Positions 58,583-64,000 of a stretch of DNA of 64,000 nt are shown piece after piece. Source of the DNA: Ostreococcus lucimarinus (lineage: Eukaryota); assembly GCA_000092065.1 (NCBI GenBank), contig CP000584.1. One strand, 5' to 3'. A program made the position numbers and the translations under genes. Below the pieces are notes generated by a model, which saw only the letters and a program-made list of their open reading frames with translations, searched no databases and was not told the DNA's origin. How positions within the stretch are numbered: position 1 is the first letter of the stretch; the number at the start of each line of letters is the position of its first letter.

Positions 58583-58805
58583 CGTGAGCGCTGTGCGCGA
58601 GCGGTGAGCGGTGGCGTCGCGACGACGAGTTGTGCGGCGCGCGCGAGGGCGATGGGCTTTATCCACTCTGAGAGTAACCGCCGCCGACGCGCGAGGAGAT
58701 TTTTTCGAGCCGCGGGTCCGGAGACGATGACGCGTCGAACGACGGGCGCGCGGCGCGACGGGCGAATCGGATGAAAATATCGTGAGTGACACGGCGCGAT
58801 CGAGG

Positions 58806-61189
58806 CTAGTGCATGCGGGTGACGCGACGACCCTCGGCGCGTTCGGCGACGTCGCCGCGTTGCGTCATCACGAGCAAGGCGCGGGTGACGGCCCATTCGT
58901 TGACGCCGATGCGGGACAGATCGTCGATGAGGTGACGCTTGGACATGGTGGCGCCGATAGCGAGCTTTTGACGGATCTGCGTTTCGACGACTTGGAGCTC
59001 TTCGCGCTGTTCGGCGCTGAGGACGACCATATCGGCGACGCCCGAACGCGCGGCGTCGATGGTGGACACTTCGAACAAGCGCAACGCCTCTTGCACGTGC
59101 TCTTCGGTGACGGTGGATTGAAGGCACATCTTAGCCAACGATTCAGAGATTCGCACGATGGCTTCGAGTTGACGGACGGTGATCGGGACCGCGGCGTGGC
59201 CACCCGTGCGCTTGCGCTCGCGCATTTCCTCGCGATACTTGACGTACGAATCCTCTAACATGCGCATCGCCCGCTCACCCACGCGCGGCTTGCACATCGC
59301 TCGAGCGTACTCGATGTAGCGTTTCAAGAACTGACGTTCCTTTTCTTGCTGCGGATCTGCCGCGAGCGCGAGCTCATCGCCACCGCCGGCGTGAATATTC
59401 AACACGTGATCCGCGATTTGCATGTCGCGCTCGTACACTCGTTCGTCTCTGACGATGAAAATCATGTCGAAACGGGATAAAATAGTCGTTTGCAAATCGA
59501 TGTTCTCTTGTGCCGTTTTCAAATCGTCGTACCGCCCACTTGGAGGGTTCGCCGCGGCGAGCACGGCGGTTCGACTGTTGAGCATAGTCGTGATGCCCGC
59601 CTTGGCGATGGAAATCGTTTGCTGCTCCATGGCTTCGTGGATAGCGACACGATCTTCGTCGCGCATCTTATCAAACTCATCAATGCACACGCACCCGCCG
59701 TCTGCGAGTACCATGGCACCCCCCTCGAGATAGAACTCACCATTGCTGTCTCGAATCACCGACGCCGTGAGACCGGCGGCGGACGAACCTTTACCCGACG
59801 TGTACACGCACACTGGCGCCGTTCGTTCGACAAATTTCAAGAACTGCGACTTGGCAGTGGAAGGATCACCGAGCAAAAGCACATTAACATCGCCTCTTCG
59901 CGCTGTGCCATCCGGGTGCTCCTTGCGCGTGCCCGAGAAGAGCAAGCACGTCACCGCCGCTTTGATGTCGTCGCTCCCAAAAATCGCCGGCGCCACGCGA
60001 CTGCGAAGATCTTTCACAACGTCCTTAAACGGGCGATGGGCAAAGGTTTTGAACTCAGTATGCTCGGCATCAGTGAAATGTGCGTCGCCTCTAGCACCTT
60101 CCGTCTCTTCATCGATGCCTACGACTCGCAAATAGGCGTGCTGCACGGCGACTTTCCCTCCGCCGCGGTCGCGCTTGCTACTTCCACCTGCGTTCGTCGT
60201 CTCGTATACGCCCATGAGCTTCACGCGCGTGCCTGGAACGACCGATAAAACCATTGTACGTTCGACTAATACGGTCATGTTCCGCGGCATCTCCCCCGCC
60301 GGCACACACTCTGGGTTCTCTTGCAATTTCATATTCTGTTGGTCGATGAACGAACTCTTCTCCGGAACGATGCGATACGGATCCGTCCCGCACGGATTCG
60401 CCTCCTGCCCAACCTGTGTATCCCTACCAACCTGCGCTGAACAAAACCGAGGAACGTTCGCCCCGCTGTACCCTGCACCAAGATGAACCGAGATCGTGCT
60501 CTTGCACTTCTGACACTCGAGCGCCATATGCTTTGCCTTGGTTCTCGCCTTTGACGTCGCGATGACGATACCGGGTACGTACACCAACGTCCCCACATCG
60601 CTCGAATTCAAAGTCCTCAACGGGCGCGGAATCTCTTTCGACGTAAGTTTCACTTGCACGCTCGCCCGTCCCGGCGCCCGATCTCTCGACGCGCGATCCT
60701 CCTCCTCTAAGTACGCGTCCCCATCCGCCGCCGCCAACGCGTCGCTCGGTCGCAAGCTCTCCAACACGTCCTGCACCGCCTCCTCCAATATCGGCAAGTA
60801 ATCGTTCGGTTCCATTCGCATCGCTCGCGCTAATTCCGCATCGTGCGCGATCAAATCATCAAAGCATATCTTCAAATCCTTCGGCGTCGTCGCGCGATCG
60901 AGTTCATCTCTGTATTTGAGTCGCCCGTCCGGCGCGCTCGCGTCTGGTGCGCTTCGAAAGTTTCGCAAAAAGTCCACAAACTTCGCCCGCGCTTGGCTCG
61001 GCGTCACACCTCGCGCGCGCCGCGCTTCGAGATCGGCGTCGACGACCGGTTCGGCATCGGCGTCGTCGTAGACGTAATCTTCACCTTCGGCTGCGCGCGA
61101 AAATTTTGAAATCGTCAGTCGTCGAGTCGTCGCGCGCGTCGGTAGAGCGCGGTTTCGGGGCGATCGAGCGCGCGCGACGCACCGTCCAT
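58806..61189 (-). CDS. MCM5: DNA replication licensing factor MCM5. Two exons: complement 61183..61189 (the ATGGACG micro-exon) and 58806..61090.
   Basis: MCM box: IDEFDKMRDEDRVAIHEAMEQQTISIAKAGITTMLNSRTAVLAAANP. Walker A: GDPSTAKSQ. The N-terminus (M)DAEGEDYVYDD...AKFVDFLRNFR...LKYRDEL aligns to the MCM5 N-terminus (FKEFLRQYR...KYRDEL). The listed start at 61007 is GTG. The only consistent start is ATG at 61187-61189, followed by a GTGCGT donor and a CGCGCAG acceptor at 61091-61093. This 92-nt intron keeps the frame. Confidence 0.8.
61091..61182 (-). other. 92-nt intron separating the 7-nt initiator micro-exon of MCM5 from the main exon
   Basis: Seen: ATGGACG|gtgcgtcgcgcg...ttttcgcgcgcag|CCGAAGGTGAAGAT. 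The splice gives M-D-A-E-G-E-D-Y-V-Y-D-D. Confidence 0.55.
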
Positions 61190-61380
61190 GCTCGCGCGCG
61201 CGTGCGTGCGCGTGCGCGGCGAGGCGATCGACGCGCGAGGCGCGATGTGGTGCGAAGTGTCTATTTTGAATCAGCGCTTTTGACAGCTGGGAGAGAGATT
61301 CAAAGAGAGCGCGCGCCCGGACGGGCTAGAAATTAAGATATTTTATTCGGTGCTGCGAGACTGATCTAACGGTCGCAGTG

Positions 61381-63612
61381 CTAGTTTTGATTGATGCTCG
61401 CGCCACCGAGGGGCGAGAGCGGTGGACGCGCGGATTTGGCGCCGTCGACGCTCGGTCGACGACTTCGGAGCGCTTCGTCGCGGTTGAAACTAAAGGCGCT
61501 CGGCGTCACGGGCTCGGCGAGTAAAACGCGCGCGGACTCGCGCGCGGGAGTTTGTCCAGTCGGTACGTCCTCTCGAACCGCGGTTGAGAGCTCGGAGCTG
61601 AATTGCTCGCGGATGGACGTCAGGTCGCGAACGTGCTTGGACATGAAGTCGGCGACGCCGCGTTCAGACGTCGCGGCGACGGTGTTCGCCAAGTCTGAGA
61701 AAGCCGCGCGATCGCTCGCGAGGGACTGGTTCAACGAATCCACAGTTTCATCGCAACCGCGTCGAGAAGCGACGACTGCTGCCACTGCGTGCTCAGCGGT
61801 CGCTTCGGCCCCAGTGCGCAGCTCGTTTGCGGCTTCCATCAACATGTCTGCCTGCTTCAACATGCTCGCGCGCGCGTACTCGCTCGCCTTGCGCGCAGAC
61901 TGCTCGACGGAGCGTTGCATGTTCGCCACAGATTCCTTCAGTGCGTTCACTTCGTTTTCTTTGCGAACCATAAAATCATCTAAAACCGTCTTCATGTGTG
62001 ATCGCGACTCGCGTTCGACTTCCTGAATTCCCGCCAAGTTTCTCTCGAGCGCCTCCAACCTATCGCACATGGACGTACTCAACTCGCGAATCGCGTCCGC
62101 GTTCGAGTGCATCACACTTTCCTTGCGATTAATCTTCTCAAACAATGCCGTGGCTTCGTCTTTCGCCGCGAGTAAATCCTTCGCCATGGCGCTCGTCGCC
62201 GTGGACAAGTCGTCGTGAGTTTTTTCAAACGCGTCGAGCAAGTACTCCTTCTCGCGCACGTTCTTTTTCGCCCCACTCAACTCCACCGACGTGGTGCGCA
62301 AGTTGTCTTTAGTCTCCCCGAGCTCGACTTCAGTCTCCGCGTGTTGTTCTTTAAGCTGTAAGAAGTTCTTCTTCGTCTTGTCAAACATACGCGTCATCTT
62401 GTCGTGCTCAGCTTTCATCGACGCCAACTCGCGTTCGAGCTCCTCTGCGCGACGCCTCGTCGTCGTATGTTCGCTCTGCTCGGCGTCGTAGTTTGCCTTT
62501 GACATATAGACCCCGTTTTTCTCTCGCGTCGCCAACAAGTCGGCCTGCAAATGCTCAATGCAGCGTTGCATCTCGTTCAAAAAGTCACTCTTCGACTTCT
62601 TGCCATTCACTACGGGAGAGTTTTTAATGTTCTTCGCCCGATGCGCATACTCGAGCGTACTCAACGTTTCCTCCACCGAGTGCGAAGCCGGGGACACGGT
62701 GGCGATGATGCACGTGCGCGATTTTCCGCCCAACGCGTCACGCAGTAATCTCGTGAGCTTACTGTCCCGATACGGTATGTGCACCGACTTGTCGACCAGC
62801 GCCGTGATGACACGTCCGAGCGCGACGAGCGACGTGTTAATCGCCCCAGCCTCCTTCGCACGCTTGTCCTTGGCACCAGATCGCGAAATGTTTTCGCTTC
62901 CGGCCAAATCTACTAGATTCAGCTTGCCAGTACGCACGAACTCTTCGCCATCGGGCGACACATCGGTCCAGTGAACTGTGACGCTGAATACGCTGTGCGA
63001 CCGACTCGAGTGCGCGTTTATATCCGTCGCCTCGGTTTTTCGAAGCGCGTTCCCACGATTCAGCACCGCAAACGCCTCCTCCGTGGAACCGACGTAGACT
63101 TCTTCTAGACCTTTCACGACGACACCATTCTTACCATCCTCCATCAACGCGTGCTCGGTCGCATTCGTCCCGTCCGTCGACGCGCCGAGCAAGTCGGTGA
63201 TTTTCTCGTTGTACAGCTCGAGGTACGTCACCTTGACGCTGTGTTCCAATTCCTTACTCTTGAGATGTTCGAATATGTGCGACATCGCCCGCGGAATCAC
63301 CCCCGCTTCGCTGCTCAAGACATCGCACTCCGCATCGTGCGCCCCGCTCATCGTGTGCGTCTTCCCCGTCCCCGTCTGCCCGTACGCGAACACGGTGCAG
63401 TTCATCCCCTCGAGCACGTCCTTCACCATCGGTCTCACCGCGGAATCATACACCCGTTCCTGCGTCGACTGCGTCCCAAAAACGTCATCAAACGCAAATT
63501 CCTTACTCTCTGACGTCTCTCGCTTCCCTCCGTTCGTCGTCGACGTCCCCGCGCCGCCCCGCGCCACCGCCATCGTGCGCGCGTGCTCGTCCACCGTAAT
63601 CACTTCCGGCAC
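61381..63612 (-). CDS. Kinesin-5 (Eg5/BimC-like) motor protein with an N-terminal motor and a long coiled-coil stalk. The 5' end is not resolved within the ORF.
   Basis: P-loop: GQTGTGKTHTMSG. Switch I: SSRSHSVFSVTVH. Switch II: LVDLAGSE. The neck LEYAHRAKNIKNSPVVN is typical of kinesin-5. The listed start at 63612 is GTG. The upstream in-frame sequence ...AINDARRPLNANERAEKVPEVITV continues the motor domain but reaches a stop without an ATG, so a 5' micro-exon (acceptor cgcgcag near 63630) or an upstream start must exist. Confidence 0.7.
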   Translation of the reverse strand: MPEVITVDEHARTMAVARGGAGTSTTNGGKRETSESKEFAFDDVFGTQSTQERVYDSAVRPMVKDVLEGMNCTVFAYGQTGTGKTHTMSGAHDAECDVLSSEAGVIPRAMSHIFEHLKSKELEHSVKVTYLELYNEKITDLLGASTDGTNATEHALMEDGKNGVVVKGLEEVYVGSTEEAFAVLNRGNALRKTEATDINAHSSRSHSVFSVTVHWTDVSPDGEEFVRTGKLNLVDLAGSENISRSGAKDKRAKEAGAINTSLVALGRVITALVDKSVHIPYRDSKLTRLLRDALGGKSRTCIIATVSPASHSVEETLSTLEYAHRAKNIKNSPVVNGKKSKSDFLNEMQRCIEHLQADLLATREKNGVYMSKANYDAEQSEHTTTRRRAEELERELASMKAEHDKMTRMFDKTKKNFLQLKEQHAETEVELGETKDNLRTTSVELSGAKKNVREKEYLLDAFEKTHDDLSTATSAMAKDLLAAKDEATALFEKINRKESVMHSNADAIRELSTSMCDRLEALERNLAGIQEVERESRSHMKTVLDDFMVRKENEVNALKESVANMQRSVEQSARKASEYARASMLKQADMLMEAANELRTGAEATAEHAVAAVVASRRGCDETVDSLNQSLASDRAAFSDLANTVAATSERGVADFMSKHVRDLTSIREQFSSELSTAVREDVPTGQTPARESARVLLAEPVTPSAFSFNRDEALRSRRPSVDGAKSARPPLSPLGGASINQN

Positions 63613-64000
63613 TTTCTCCGCGCGTTCGTTCGCGTTCAGCGGCCTGCGCGCGTCGTTTATCGCGTCGTCAGTCTCATCATCGCTCGTCTCGATCGATCGC
63701 GATCGCGCGCGCGTCCTCCGCGCCTCCTTCGCTCGCGTTCGCGCGTCGCGCGTCGCCGTCGCTCAACGACTGCATTTGAAATTCGCGTCGACATCTTCCT
63801 CGCGCGCGTCGCATCGCGTTCGTCACCGCGCGCACCTGCATCGCAGAACGACGCTGACGCGCACGGTCGAGCCCGGTCGCCGCGCGCGATCGCCCGCGTC
63901 GGGCCGTCGCGACGCCATTCGCGTCGTCGTGTGCGGCGCGACTCCTTCCCCCGCGCGATAAAAGAGAGTTCGGACATTCGGCGTCGTAGAGCGTACGAAA

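Noticed and set aside
1-64000. Prokaryote-style features such as operons, CRISPR arrays, defence islands, integrons or phage
   Set aside because: The window is eukaryotic nuclear DNA: telomere, spliceosomal introns, TGTAA poly(A) signals and eukaryote-specific genes such as CDKA, MCM5, CSN1, kinesin and ATG4. No repeat-spacer arrays, RT/integrase/transposase genes or phage-like clusters were seen.

Overview
This 64-kb window reads as the left end of a nuclear chromosome from a very GC-rich, gene-dense, intron-poor green alga of the Micromonas/Mamiellophyceae type. The organism is inferred from three things seen in the sequence: CCCTAAA telomere repeats at bases 1-157, a TGTAA motif immediately after several stop codons, and strong GC3 codon bias. 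The species itself cannot be named without a database search.

The window holds about 45 closely packed protein-coding genes on both strands, roughly one per 1.4 kb. Most are single-exon ORFs, and many carry N-terminal extensions that look like organelle transit peptides.

Recognisable products, from established family knowledge:
- a subtelomeric DUF285-repeat membrane protein
- an RBM5-like RNA-binding protein
- a LysM membrane protein
- lysine and SAM-dependent methyltransferases
- a multi-cold-shock-domain protein
- a PSB33-like protein and a GGCT/AIG2-like protein
- the chloroplast PSRP-7/EF-Ts (PETs) polyprotein
- a YGGT/Ycf19-family protein
- CDKA (PSTAIRE) and CSN1
- a GT25-like glycosyltransferase
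- an FHA+PHD protein
- a prolyl 4-hydroxylase with ShK domain
- ATG4
- an MscS-like channel
- a flavin amine oxidase
- a DHHC palmitoyltransferase
- an ADF-H protein
- tryptophan synthase alpha
- a KH+RGG protein
- an IQ+AAA (IQCA1/DRC11-like) protein
- a thioredoxin TMX-like protein
- an ANK+CCCH zinc finger
- phosphofructokinase
- GINS SLD5
- organellar IleRS
- a SIP-type aquaporin
- p23
- GSK3
- an NmrA-like reductase
- MCM5
- a kinesin-5-like motor

No rRNA, tRNA, transposon, CRISPR or prokaryote-style defence island was found.

The hunt turned up mostly gene-structure details that the ORF track does not show:
- a 7-nt initiator micro-exon for MCM5
- a three-exon PETs gene with a near-perfect ~717-bp internal duplication of its EF-Ts module
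- a hidden two-exon DPM2-like gene
- GSK3 and kinesin ORFs with no in-frame ATG, so small 5' exons are probably missing
- a perfect 81-bp tandem array inside the subtelomeric surface-protein gene
- an interstitial telomere-like motif and several coding trinucleotide expansions

One caution affects all start coordinates: the ORF track opens many ORFs on GTG or TTG, and several of those listed starts are not real eukaryotic starts.
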